From positions 994 to 64,993 of the forward strand of contig CAYGBW010000101.1 of assembly GCA_964348185.1 (NCBI GenBank): DNA of 64,000 bases. Direction: 5' to 3'. Under the pieces are notes generated by a model. It ran no database searches, was not told where the DNA came from, and saw only the letters and a list, made by a program, of their open reading frames with translations. Source of the stretch: an uncultured Thermodesulfobacteriota bacterium (GTDB lineage Bacteria; Desulfobacterota; BSN033; WVXP01). Shown here one piece after another: positions 19,806 to 29,653 of the stretch. Numbering within the stretch: position 1 is the stretch's first letter; the number at the start of each line of letters is the position of its first letter. A program made the position numbers and the translations under genes.

Positions 19806-20744
19806 TCAGGTCATCAGACTAATCAAGACAATGACGAGCACGGCCAGGGGGTAGTAGCTGGCCTTGTTAAAGAGAACCGACGTCTGGAGTCGAGTCTGGG
19901 TCAGGTAAAGCCGAAAGGCAGGGATGAGGAGAAAGTAAAAGCCTGCAGCCAAGACCATCGCTACAAAGGGGACGGATAGCCTGACCGGAGCAAGCCCAAG
20001 GAGAACAGCACTCGACGCAACGCTGAGGGCCAGAAAACCCAAAATGATCACACTCGCGCCATGGAGCCCATACCGCACGGGAATGGGCTTAGCACGCAAC
20101 CACTTGGCTTCCTCTAAATCATGCCAATCGTTGGGAACACTTTGGCCCCCGATCTCCCAGAAAAAAAGCCACGAGAACAGTAGGATCAGAAAAAGAGGAG
20201 AGGGATGGGGATCCACGGCAAACGCCCCAGCGATCCCTCCCGATGTCTTGACCGCACCGCTCAACAGTGTGCGCAGGTGGCTGACATCCAGCAAGAGGCA
20301 GTAGACGGCCTCCAGAATGCATCCGATAATGAAGACAAGCGCACAGACGGGATTCAATTGGTAGGCCCCTATCAGGGCCACGATCGCCCAAACCCCCGAC
20401 CACCAGAGACCCTCCTTAAAACGCATCAATCCTTGGGCCATGGGGTGGCGCACAAATACCGAGTCCAGGTCACCCCCGCAATCATCGAGTCCGCCCTGCC
20501 GAATGGTCTCTCGATCCGCCCGATAGTCTACCAAGTCGTTCAACGCATAAACCGCAGTGTACCCGGCAAAGGCGGTCAGAAGACCCAAAGCGGTCACCTG
20601 TATAGACGGAAATTTCCCCAGCCAGAGGAGGGCTCCCAAGGCGGGGGTGGCCAAATCCAGCAGGCCGTGAGGGGTTCGGGACAGGGCCAAAAAGAGCTTT
20701 AGCCGGGAGAATGCCGAAGAATTTGGAACCGGGATCGTCTCCAC
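19806..20744 (-). CDS. UbiA-family aromatic prenyltransferase
   Basis: It has the first Asp-rich motif (YALNDLVDYRADR), a polytopic hydrophobic profile and a GTG start. Confidence 0.85.
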   Translation of the reverse strand: METIPVPNSSAFSRLKLFLALSRTPHGLLDLATPALGALLWLGKFPSIQVTALGLLTAFAGYTAVYALNDLVDYRADRETIRQGGLDDCGGDLDSVFVRHPMAQGLMRFKEGLWWSGVWAIVALIGAYQLNPVCALVFIIGCILEAVYCLLLDVSHLRTLLSGAVKTSGGIAGAFAVDPHPSPLFLILLFSWLFFWEIGGQSVPNDWHDLEEAKWLRAKPIPVRYGLHGASVIILGFLALSVASSAVLLGLAPVRLSVPFVAMVLAAGFYFLLIPAFRLYLTQTRLQTSVLFNKASYYPLAVLVIVLISLMT

Positions 20745-21097
20745 GAAGCTTTTTCCCCACGATTCAACGTCTTCCTACCATGGATGGTCGCTCAGGGACT
20801 GGACTTCCCTTGTTGCCTTGAACGGTGGATTTAGGATGGTTAACTCTTGGCTTAAAATACGCAAGAATTTTAGCAAAGTCAATAATCCGGAATAAAAGCA
20901 TAGAACCTGGACTAACTCTTGCTCTCCCTTTCTGAGGCCTCTCAAACTCTCCTGTCTCATGGATCATGGGGTTCAAGTTCCCCAATCCCGGACGGTGTTA
21001 TTGAGAGGTCCTTTGCGAAGAGGCCCAAAAAAAGCATTTGAAAAGATTGCAGAACGGTACGGGTTTGAGATAGATATAGTAACAAAGGAGCTTGACC

Positions 21098-21997
21098 GTG
21101 AAGATCCTCATCACCGGAGGGACAGGGTTTGTGGGGAGGAGCCTCTCCCCCGGCTTGGTCCGGGAGGGGCATCAGGTCAGTATTTTGACCAGAAGGATCC
21201 CCAAGCATCGAGACGCGCCAGAAAGAGTTCAATACGTCGAAGGTGATCCGACCCAACCTGGCCCATGGCAGGAGGCTGTTGCAGACCAGGATGTCCTCAT
21301 CAATCTGGCAGGGGTTTCCGTGTTTGGCCGTTGGACGGCGGAACATAAAAGGCTCCTTCGAGAAAGTCGGATTTTGACAACCCGCCACCTGGTAGACGCT
21401 ATTCCCTCGAATGGACAAAAGGTGCTTTTTAGCACCTCTGCAGTGGGTTTCTATGGGTTCCACGAAGATGAGGAGCTGGACGAGTCCTCTCCGCCGGGAA
21501 GGGATTTCCTCGCCATCCTGGGCCAGGATTGGGAGTCAGAGGCCATGAAGGCCCAACAAAAGGGAGCCCGGGTGATCATTACCCGATTTGGTATCGTCTT
21601 GGGCCGAGGGGGGGGCGCCCTCCAACAGATGGTCACCCCTTTCCGGTGGTTCGTTGGAGGGCCTTTGGGCAGTGGTCGTCAGTGGCTCTCTTGGATTCAC
21701 ATGGATGACCTCGTGGAAGCTTTCATGCACCTGCTGGGTTATCCCGACCTCTCGGGGCCGTTCAACCTGACATCTCCTCACCCTGTCCAGAACCGCGACT
21801 TCGCCAAAACCCTGGGCAAGGTGCTGGGTCGCCCTTCTAGGATGCCCACACCGGCCTTCATGATCCGGCTTGTGCTAGGGGAGTTCGGTTCGGTCATCCT
21901 CAAGGGCCAACGGGTAATCCCGAAAAGATTGGTGGAAAGCGGTTTTTCCTTCGGTTACCCACAACTCGAAGAAGCCCTGGGGAATCTGTTAACCTGA
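21098..21997 (+). CDS. TIGR01777/YfcH-like SDR epimerase-family protein
   Basis: It has a Rossmann motif (ILITGGTGFVG) and a C-terminal DUF1731-like tail (PKRLVESGFSFGYPQLEEAL). GTG 21098 lies 7 nt after AAGGAG. Confidence 0.85.
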   Translation: MKILITGGTGFVGRSLSPGLVREGHQVSILTRRIPKHRDAPERVQYVEGDPTQPGPWQEAVADQDVLINLAGVSVFGRWTAEHKRLLRESRILTTRHLVDAIPSNGQKVLFSTSAVGFYGFHEDEELDESSPPGRDFLAILGQDWESEAMKAQQKGARVIITRFGIVLGRGGGALQQMVTPFRWFVGGPLGSGRQWLSWIHMDDLVEAFMHLLGYPDLSGPFNLTSPHPVQNRDFAKTLGKVLGRPSRMPTPAFMIRLVLGEFGSVILKGQRVIPKRLVESGFSFGYPQLEEALGNLLT

Positions 21998-22227
21998 AAG
22001 CGGCATTCAGAGAGAATCGATTCCTAACCCCTGTTAACCGAAAACAACCATGCCCTTTGAGGCGCCATGAAACACGAGAATGGGGAGTGAACATTTCCGT
22101 GTTCCCTTGGAACAAACTTTTCCTGAATTGCGCTCCCATCCACTGCCAACCTGGCGGGTAGGCGTTGACTAAGAAAGATCAGACATTGAAACAAGATTCG
22201 AGAAATCAGAAGGGAAGGTAACCTGAT

Positions 22228-23475
22228 ATGATCACGACCGATCTCATTCTGAGTATTCTCCTTATCCTGGTCGTCGCCTGGATTCTGGGATGGGTTTTCA
22301 CTCGCCTTGGGCTTCCGGCCATGCTCGGCGAGTTACTCGCCGGGTTGATACTTGGACCCCCCGTGTTGGGGATTGTCAGTGCATCTCCCCCCATTGAACT
22401 GATGGCCGATTTGGGAATCTTTTTTGTCATGTTCTATACGGGAATGGAAATGGACCCCAGAGAACTCCTGGAACACATCTGGCCCTCCATGGGCGTTGCT
22501 CTGGGCGGATTCGTTCTTCCCTTCATTTTAGGATACGTTACCTCAAGGCTATTTGGGGGGACCGTATTTCAATCCCTCTTCGTGGGAATGGGGATCTCGA
22601 TAACGGCCATTGCGGTGAATAGCGTGGTTCTAAATGCCATGGCGATCAGCAGAACGGCGTTGGGGCATATCATCATTGGCGCTGCTATTGTTGATGATAC
22701 CCTATCTCTAATCGCATTGTCTGTCCTTGTTGGACTGGCCAGAACCGGGACCGTTGATATCTTGAACTTGTCAACGATTATCTTCAAAGTCGGTGCTTTT
22801 TTTGCTTTGACCATTCTCATCGGGCATTTTGTCGTCCCGAGGTTCACAAAAAAACTGCATGACCGCGAGGGGAAGGCATTCACATTCGCCCTCGTATGTG
22901 CTCTGATTATGGGTTACCTCTCTGAACTCGCAGGGCTTCATCTCGTGATCGGGGCCTTTTTGGCAGGGCAATTTGTCAGAGAGGAGATTATGGAGAAGGA
23001 AATCCATTCTGTCATCATCGATCGTTTCTACGGTATCAGTTATGGCTTCCTCCTTCCCATTTTCTTTGCATCCCTTTCCTTCCACCTCCATCTCTCCTAT
23101 GATTGGGCATCCATCCTTTTCATGCTCATCCTCACCGCGGTGGCGGTCCTGGGTAAAGTGGTCGGCTGTGGACTAGGCTTGGCCGTCTTCGGCTACAATC
23201 GTTGGGAATCAGCAATCGTCGGGTTTGGGATGAACGGCCGAGGAGCTGTTGAATTGGTGGTGGCTTCCGTGGTAATCAGATTGAGCAGTGATATGATGGC
23301 AAGTGGTGTTATCGCAGAACCTCTACTCACCGAGAGCCAGTTTTCAGCCCTAATTTTCATGGCCTTTTTGACAACCCTGATGGCGCCTCTTTCTCTTCGG
23401 TGGGCTGTTCTGCGAACATGCCTGCCCGATGAAAGGGCGGCTTTCTGTAAGTTGTGGGATGTACAGCGTGGGTGA
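22228..23475 (+). CDS. cation:proton antiporter (CPA2/Kef-type membrane domain)
   Basis: 415 aa with about 12 TM helices. The N-terminus (LPAMLGELLAGLILGP) is typical of the Na+/H+ exchanger family. Confidence 0.85.
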   Translation: MITTDLILSILLILVVAWILGWVFTRLGLPAMLGELLAGLILGPPVLGIVSASPPIELMADLGIFFVMFYTGMEMDPRELLEHIWPSMGVALGGFVLPFILGYVTSRLFGGTVFQSLFVGMGISITAIAVNSVVLNAMAISRTALGHIIIGAAIVDDTLSLIALSVLVGLARTGTVDILNLSTIIFKVGAFFALTILIGHFVVPRFTKKLHDREGKAFTFALVCALIMGYLSELAGLHLVIGAFLAGQFVREEIMEKEIHSVIIDRFYGISYGFLLPIFFASLSFHLHLSYDWASILFMLILTAVAVLGKVVGCGLGLAVFGYNRWESAIVGFGMNGRGAVELVVASVVIRLSSDMMASGVIAEPLLTESQFSALIFMAFLTTLMAPLSLRWAVLRTCLPDERAAFCKLWDVQRG

Positions 23476-23554
23476 ACCTGAATGCAGAAAATACCATTTG
23501 AAACTTCCCAGAAGGTTCTGTATAATCGCGAGGATTAGGAAAGAGGAATCGATC

Positions 23555-26524
23555 ATGGCAGAGGTGGGTCGTCGGCAGTTCCTGAAAATCGTTGGCCTCA
23601 CATGCACGACGGCGGCAGTGGGTTGTTCCCGAGAATCGGCCAGAACGTTGATCCCCTATATTGCCCCTCCTGAAGACATCGTCCCAGGTAAGGCCACTTG
23701 GTACGCCACCACGTGCCGGGAGTGTCCGGCCGGATGTGGTCTTGTGGCCAAGAACCGAGATGGCCGTGTCATCAAGGTGGAGGGGAACCCCCTCCATCCT
23801 GTGAATGGCGGAAAACTCTGCGCCCGGGGGCAAGCCTCGCTCCAGAGGCTCTACGATCCGGATCGATTCCGAGGTCCTTTGAGGAGAAGCTCTCGGGGAT
23901 CTCTTGAGCCCGCTGTGTGGAATCAAGCGGAAGAGACCCTGATCCAGAGTCTTCTTCAAATTACCGGACGGGACAGGGGAGAGCGTATCGCCTTCCTGAC
24001 AGACCTCCAGACGGGTACATTACGGGATCTGATGGTCCGCTGGCTTTCGGAAATGGGCTCGAGGGGACTGGTCATTTATGAGCCCTTTGCTTACGAGCCT
24101 CTTCGGAAGGCGAACCAGACCGTTTTCGGGCTCCATGGCATCCCAACGTATCGAATCGACAAGGCGGATTTTCTCATCGCTTTCGGAGCCGGATTCCTTG
24201 AGACCTGGCTTTCCAACGTCGAATATGCCCGTCAGTTTGCCTCCTTCCATGCCCCGAGTGATGGCAGGAAAAACCTATTCGTCTATGTGGGGCCCAGACT
24301 CTCTTTGACAGGGGCCAACGGAGACCAATGGATCTCTGTCCCCCCTGGCAGTGAATACCTTGTCGCCCTCGGCATGCTGCGGGTGATGATCGATGAGAAC
24401 CTCTCTTCCAATCTCGATGAGGACGACCAAAGGGCTTTGAAATCTGTAGTTGAGCCCTTTTCTCTGGAGAAGATAGCGGCCGAAACCGGTGTCAAGGAGC
24501 AGATGATCCAAAAGGTCGCCCGAAGATTTGCCCAGGCCAGGAGACCCCTTGCTTTGGCGGAAGGGCTATCATTTCCCGGACCCAGGGCGACGGAGACCGC
24601 TGTCGCGGCGAATCTCCTATCCCTGGTCATACCGGGAACTCAGGAAACAATGGATTTCGAGCGGAGATCATCCCTGAGTGAGGTTGCCTCGGCCGAGGGA
24701 ATTAAGGCGCTATCCGAAAGAATGAGAAAAGGGGAGATCGACCTGCTGTTTATGCATAATGTCAATCCTGTATTTTCGCTTCCCTCTTCATGGAATTTTC
24801 GCGAGAGCCTGGAAGCCGTTCCGCTGGTGGTGAGCTTTTCTAGCTGTTTGGATGAAACGAGTCAATTCGCTCATCTTATCCTCCCCACGCACACGCCTCT
24901 CGAATCATGGGGGGATTACGCGCCGAATAGGGATGTTGAAGGGCTGATGCAGCCCGTCATGGGGAACATGTTCCAGACGAGGCAACTCGGAGATATTCTC
25001 CTCTCCACAGGGAAAAAGATCGCCGGAACCGAGAAGTTCCCCTGGCAAGACTTCTATCACGTCCTTCAGGATGGATGGCGCCAAAAGTGGCAGGAGAGGG
25101 CTCCTACTCTTCCCTTTGAATCTTTTTGGGCGGATACCTTGCAAAGGGGTGGGATCTGGGGACGGCGTGATACCCGGACACCCCCACTTTCCCTGGACTC
25201 CTCGTTCGATTTTCCCTTCCCAGATCTGGATTTGGAAAGAAAACCCGAAAAAGCCTTCCACTTCACGGGATACCCGACCGTTCAGTTTTTCGACGGGCGA
25301 ATGGCTAACCGGCCATGGATTCAGGAACTCCCCGACCCGATGACCCAGGTCACTTGGGGAGGCTGGGTGGAGATTCACCCTGAGACGGCCGAGAGGCTCA
25401 ACATTCAGAAAGGAGACCTCCTCCAACTCAGATCTCCGCACGGTACCATAGAGGTTCCCGCCCTTCCCATTTTCACCGTTCCTCCCGACACCGTGGCCCT
25501 TCCCATTGGACAGGGGCACACGGCATACGGGCGATTCGCCAATGGCCACCCTGCCAATCCCATGGACCTTTTCCCAAGGGATCTTGACACCTTCTCAGGA
25601 GGAATCCTTCGGCCGCCATTTGGAGTAACCCTTGAGAAACGAGGCCAAACCCTTCCCCTCGCGAACACCGACGGCAGCTTTTATCAACAGGGGCGTGGTC
25701 TCGCGCAGGCGATTCCTCTTGAGCACTATCAAAAAGAAGGAACAGGAAAGCATGGACCCCATCTTGACCTTCCATTGCCACAGGGCTATGATGCCCGAAA
25801 GGATTTCTATCCCCCCCACCGGCATCCCGACTATCGTTGGGGTATGGTCGTGGATTTGGATCGGTGCATAGGGTGTGGAGCTTGTGTGGTCGCCTGCTAT
25901 GCCGAAAACAACGTGGCCATCGTGGGTAGAGAACAGGTTCTGAAAGGGAGGGAGATGTCCTGGCTCCGCATCCAACGCTATTTCGAACGAGAAAAGGGCG
26001 TCGTTCGGTTCCTCCCCATGCTTTGCCAGCACTGCGACGAAGCTCCCTGCGAACCGGTCTGCCCGGTCTTTGCGCCCCATCACAGCATCGAGGGGCTCAA
26101 CAACCAGGTCTACAACCGCTGTGTGGGCACACGGTTCTGTTCTCAAAACGATCCATATAAGGTCCGGCGGTTCAATTGGTTCACGTTCACGCGGCCCAAA
26201 CCACTAAACTGGCAGCTCAATCCCGACGTGACTGTAAGGCAGAAAGGGGTAATGGAGAAGTGTTCCTTCTGCGTCCAGCGAATCGTGGAGGCGAAAAACC
26301 GGGCAAAGAACGAAGGCCGAAAAATCCGAGATGGAGAGTTCACTACGGCCTGTGCGCAAACCTGCCCGACGGACGCGCTGGCCTTTGGCAATCTCAAGGA
26401 CTCTGAAAGCCACGTCTCCAAACTGATCCGAGACCCAAGGGCCTACCAGGTCTTAGGCCATTTGAATACGAAACCAGCCGTAATCTATTTGAAGAAGATT
26501 AGACATCGCTTGGACCTGACGTAG
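23555..26524 (+). CDS. actB: Alternative Complex III subunit ActB (molybdopterin-oxidoreductase-like domain fused to a 4-cluster ferredoxin domain)
   Basis: It has a Tat signal (RRQFLK). The N-terminal CRECPAGC-x27-C motif is followed by a Mo-bisPGD-like fold. The C-terminal third has CIGCGACVVAC, CQHCDEAPC and C.QNDPY...CSFC ferredoxin motifs. ATG 23555 follows AAAGAGGAA. Confidence 0.85.
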   Translation: MAEVGRRQFLKIVGLTCTTAAVGCSRESARTLIPYIAPPEDIVPGKATWYATTCRECPAGCGLVAKNRDGRVIKVEGNPLHPVNGGKLCARGQASLQRLYDPDRFRGPLRRSSRGSLEPAVWNQAEETLIQSLLQITGRDRGERIAFLTDLQTGTLRDLMVRWLSEMGSRGLVIYEPFAYEPLRKANQTVFGLHGIPTYRIDKADFLIAFGAGFLETWLSNVEYARQFASFHAPSDGRKNLFVYVGPRLSLTGANGDQWISVPPGSEYLVALGMLRVMIDENLSSNLDEDDQRALKSVVEPFSLEKIAAETGVKEQMIQKVARRFAQARRPLALAEGLSFPGPRATETAVAANLLSLVIPGTQETMDFERRSSLSEVASAEGIKALSERMRKGEIDLLFMHNVNPVFSLPSSWNFRESLEAVPLVVSFSSCLDETSQFAHLILPTHTPLESWGDYAPNRDVEGLMQPVMGNMFQTRQLGDILLSTGKKIAGTEKFPWQDFYHVLQDGWRQKWQERAPTLPFESFWADTLQRGGIWGRRDTRTPPLSLDSSFDFPFPDLDLERKPEKAFHFTGYPTVQFFDGRMANRPWIQELPDPMTQVTWGGWVEIHPETAERLNIQKGDLLQLRSPHGTIEVPALPIFTVPPDTVALPIGQGHTAYGRFANGHPANPMDLFPRDLDTFSGGILRPPFGVTLEKRGQTLPLANTDGSFYQQGRGLAQAIPLEHYQKEGTGKHGPHLDLPLPQGYDARKDFYPPHRHPDYRWGMVVDLDRCIGCGACVVACYAENNVAIVGREQVLKGREMSWLRIQRYFEREKGVVRFLPMLCQHCDEAPCEPVCPVFAPHHSIEGLNNQVYNRCVGTRFCSQNDPYKVRRFNWFTFTRPKPLNWQLNPDVTVRQKGVMEKCSFCVQRIVEAKNRAKNEGRKIRDGEFTTACAQTCPTDALAFGNLKDSESHVSKLIRDPRAYQVLGHLNTKPAVIYLKKIRHRLDLT

Positions 26525-26527
26525 ACC

Positions 26528-27841
26528 ATGGAGAAGTATACTTACAGCAACGTCGACCAGGAAGTACTGCGGACTCTATCCCCTCCTGGGCGGTCCTACT
26601 TCTTCCTTGTGGCGCTCTCCTTCGGAGGGATCGTATTGGGAGCCGCCTGTTGGGCTTATCAGATCCTGACGGGTCTCGGTACCGCCGGTGTCATGCATCC
26701 GGTGAACTGGGGCACCTATCTGGTCAATTTCGTCTTCTGGGTGGGAATCGCTCACTCGGGAACCCTGATCTCGGCTATCCTCTTCTTGCTCAGGGCTACG
26801 TGGCGCACGGCCATTGCCCGAAGTGCCGAAGCCATGACGGTTTTTGCCATTGCTGTGGCTGGACTCTTCCCATTTATCCACTTGGGACGAGTCTGGATTT
26901 TCTATTGGCTTCTACCTTACCCCAATCAGCGGAATCTATGGCCGAATTTCCAATCCCCTCTGATCTTCGACATGGTCGCCATTTCCACGTACCTCATCGT
27001 CAGTCTCCTCTTCTGGTACACCGGTCTGATACCCGATCTGGCCGTGGTCCGTGACCGGGCACAGGGGCTCCGTCGCAAGATCTACGGCCTCTTTTCCCTA
27101 GGCTGGCTCGGTTCCCATCATCAGTGGCGGCATCACGGGTGGGCCTACCTCTTCTTCGCGGCCTTTGCAACGCCCCTCGTGATATCCGTGCACAGTGTGG
27201 TATCTTGGGACTTCGCATTGGCCATCGTGCCGGGATGGCACAGTACCATTTTTGCGCCTTACTTCGTAGCCGGCGCGATCCACTCGGGCCTGGCCATGGT
27301 TTTGACCCTGTTGATCCCTCTTCGACGGATCTGTAAATTCGAAAACTTGATCACCCTGTCAATCCTGGAAAACATCGCCAAGACCATCGTTTTTACGGGG
27401 CTCATTGTGGGTTACGCCTACGGGGTGGAGTATTTTACAGCCTGGTATAGTGGAAACATGGTTGAGCGGGACACGTTCATCTGGCGGGCCATTGGGGATT
27501 ATGCCCCCCAGTTTTGGGTCATGGTCCTATTCAACTCGGTCCTGCCCCTCGCCTTCTTCTTCAAAAAGGTTCGGACCAACCTTGCCAGCCTTTTTGGAAT
27601 CGCTATTCTGGTCAATATTGGGATGTGGTTTGAGCGGTATGTGATCATCGTGGGCTCCGTGGCACACGAGTACGATCCCTATTCTTGGGGGCTGTACAGC
27701 CCTTCGTGGGTCGAAATGGGCATCCTTCTGGGTTCGTTTGGAATGTTTTTCTTTCTCTTTCTCCTGTTCATCAAGTTTTTGCCCTCCATTTCCATAACCG
27801 AGGTCAAAGAGAGAATGGCACCTCCGGTAAGAAGCACTTGA
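26528..27841 (+). CDS. actC: ACIII subunit ActC (NrfD/PsrC-like quinol-interacting membrane subunit)
   Basis: 437 aa and polytopic. It starts 3 nt after actB, and its architecture and position match ActC. Confidence 0.85.
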   Translation: MEKYTYSNVDQEVLRTLSPPGRSYFFLVALSFGGIVLGAACWAYQILTGLGTAGVMHPVNWGTYLVNFVFWVGIAHSGTLISAILFLLRATWRTAIARSAEAMTVFAIAVAGLFPFIHLGRVWIFYWLLPYPNQRNLWPNFQSPLIFDMVAISTYLIVSLLFWYTGLIPDLAVVRDRAQGLRRKIYGLFSLGWLGSHHQWRHHGWAYLFFAAFATPLVISVHSVVSWDFALAIVPGWHSTIFAPYFVAGAIHSGLAMVLTLLIPLRRICKFENLITLSILENIAKTIVFTGLIVGYAYGVEYFTAWYSGNMVERDTFIWRAIGDYAPQFWVMVLFNSVLPLAFFFKKVRTNLASLFGIAILVNIGMWFERYVIIVGSVAHEYDPYSWGLYSPSWVEMGILLGSFGMFFFLFLLFIKFLPSISITEVKERMAPPVRST

Positions 27842-27878
27842 AATGGAAGGCCAGGGCGTCTTTTGAGGGAGAGAGACG

Positions 27879-28391
27879 ATGGTTGGTCAACGAGCTTTGA
27901 TGGGCGTTTTCTCCTATTTGGATGACGCGTTGAGAGCCATCGAGGCAGCGAAAAAGGCGAAGATAAAGGTGCACGCCGTCTACTCGCCAACCCCCTGCCA
28001 TGAACTCGAGGAAATCCTGGGCCTGAGGCCCAGCCCTGTCCGTTTGTTTACGCTCATGGGAGGGATACTGGGTCTCGCCGTGGGGATGAGTCTAGCGATC
28101 TACACCGCCCTCCAATGGAAATTCATTGTAGGCGGAAGGCCTGTCGTTGCCTGGATACCCTTCATGATCGTCGGCTTCGAATTCACGATCCTCTTGGGGA
28201 TTCTCGGTAATCTGATCGGTATGCTGATTAACAGTCGAATGCCGCGAATACGGTTACCTGAGCATTACGATCCTCGGTTCACCAAAGACCGATTCGGTAT
28301 CCTGATCTACTGCCCAAAAAGTGAAGAGGCTAGGGCCTCTGAGGTCCTGAAAGAATCTGGTGCTGAGGAGGTTCATGGGCTCGAAGGGTGA
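27879..28391 (+). CDS. actD: ACIII subunit ActD (DUF3341-like)
   Basis: 170 aa with two central TM helices flanked by soluble segments. Its position between the two NrfD-like genes is typical of ActD. Confidence 0.75.
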   Translation: MVGQRALMGVFSYLDDALRAIEAAKKAKIKVHAVYSPTPCHELEEILGLRPSPVRLFTLMGGILGLAVGMSLAIYTALQWKFIVGGRPVVAWIPFMIVGFEFTILLGILGNLIGMLINSRMPRIRLPEHYDPRFTKDRFGILIYCPKSEEARASEVLKESGAEEVHGLEG

Positions 28392-29640
28392 AATCCATAA
28401 GGAAAACAAGAGAGCCGGTCCTGACGGACATCAGCGTCGGTGGATGATTTTCTTTTCCCTACTCATCTTGGTAGGGGGCGGTGCATTTCTGACTGGGGTC
28501 TTGGGACCTCAAGCTCAGCGGGCGTGGCAGGCCTATTTAGTCAATTATGTCTTCTGGTCTGGCCTCGCCTTTGGGGCCGTGGTCTTCGTGGCCATCTTGA
28601 ATTTAAGCAAAGCACGGTGGGCCCGTCCGATCAAACGGCTGGCCGAGGCTCCGGCGGCTTTTCTTCCGGTCTCCTATCTCCTTTTTTGGGTCCTATACTT
28701 CGGACGAGAAAAGATCTTCCCCTGGATTCATGAACCGGCGATTGGAAAAGAAGCCTGGCTCAGTGTGAGCTTCTTGTTTGCCAGGGATGGCGCAGGCCTT
28801 TTGCTCCTTACAGGCGTTGCCATGATCCTCGTGTTGGTATCGGTTCGTGGAGACATTGGGGTTGCTTCTCACCGAATCGACTCCCTTCCCCCGGAGAGCA
28901 GTCGGGTGGAGAATCATGGCGAAATAAATCGGCGTTGGCGAATTCAGACCGTTCTTTCTCCAATCCTCGGGTTACTGTATGCCTTAGTCCTCAGCCTGAT
29001 CGCCTTTGACCTGATCATGTCCCTCGACCCTCACTGGTACAGTACCCTGTTCGGGGCCTACTACTTCGTGGGCAGTTTTTACACGGGCCTGGCAGCTCTG
29101 ATTATCCTATCCGCCCTTTTCAGGAACGCCGTGGATTTGAAGCCGTTGATACACTCCAAACACTTTCACGACCTGGGCAAAATCCTTTTCGGCTTCTGTT
29201 TGCTGACCGGCGATTTCTTTTACTCTCAGTTTCTGGTCATCTGGTATGGCAATCTCCCGGAAGAGGCACGATATGTGATCCTTCGCGTCCGGCTCAGCCC
29301 GTGGGAACCCCTGGCTTGGATCGTTCTCATTGTCTCCTTTGGCATCCCTTTTGTCGTTCTCTTGAGCCGAAAGATCAAGATGAAGCCGAGGTCGCTGATC
29401 GTATTGTGTGGCATCATCCTTGTGGGGATGTGGCTTGAGCGGCTCCTCCTGGTAGCGCCTTCGCTTTGGGAAGGGAAGCACCTTCCAATCGGTGTCTGGG
29501 AGGTTCTCATCACTGCAGGGTTTTTTGGGCTCATGGCATTGAGCCTGACTGTTTTCTTGCGAAGATTTCCCCTGCTTCCTGTCTCGGATCCCCTGTTTAG
29601 GGAAAACCTGGAGATAGACCGACCAGAAATTAGACAGTGA
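28375..29640 (+). CDS. actF: ACIII subunit ActF (second NrfD-like membrane subunit)
   Basis: A polytopic membrane protein. ATG 28375 follows GAGGAGG and overlaps the actD 3' end by 17 nt. Confidence 0.65.
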   Translation: MGSKGEIHKENKRAGPDGHQRRWMIFFSLLILVGGGAFLTGVLGPQAQRAWQAYLVNYVFWSGLAFGAVVFVAILNLSKARWARPIKRLAEAPAAFLPVSYLLFWVLYFGREKIFPWIHEPAIGKEAWLSVSFLFARDGAGLLLLTGVAMILVLVSVRGDIGVASHRIDSLPPESSRVENHGEINRRWRIQTVLSPILGLLYALVLSLIAFDLIMSLDPHWYSTLFGAYYFVGSFYTGLAALIILSALFRNAVDLKPLIHSKHFHDLGKILFGFCLLTGDFFYSQFLVIWYGNLPEEARYVILRVRLSPWEPLAWIVLIVSFGIPFVVLLSRKIKMKPRSLIVLCGIILVGMWLERLLLVAPSLWEGKHLPIGVWEVLITAGFFGLMALSLTVFLRRFPLLPVSDPLFRENLEIDRPEIRQ

Positions 29641-29653
29641 CTCGGATACCAGA

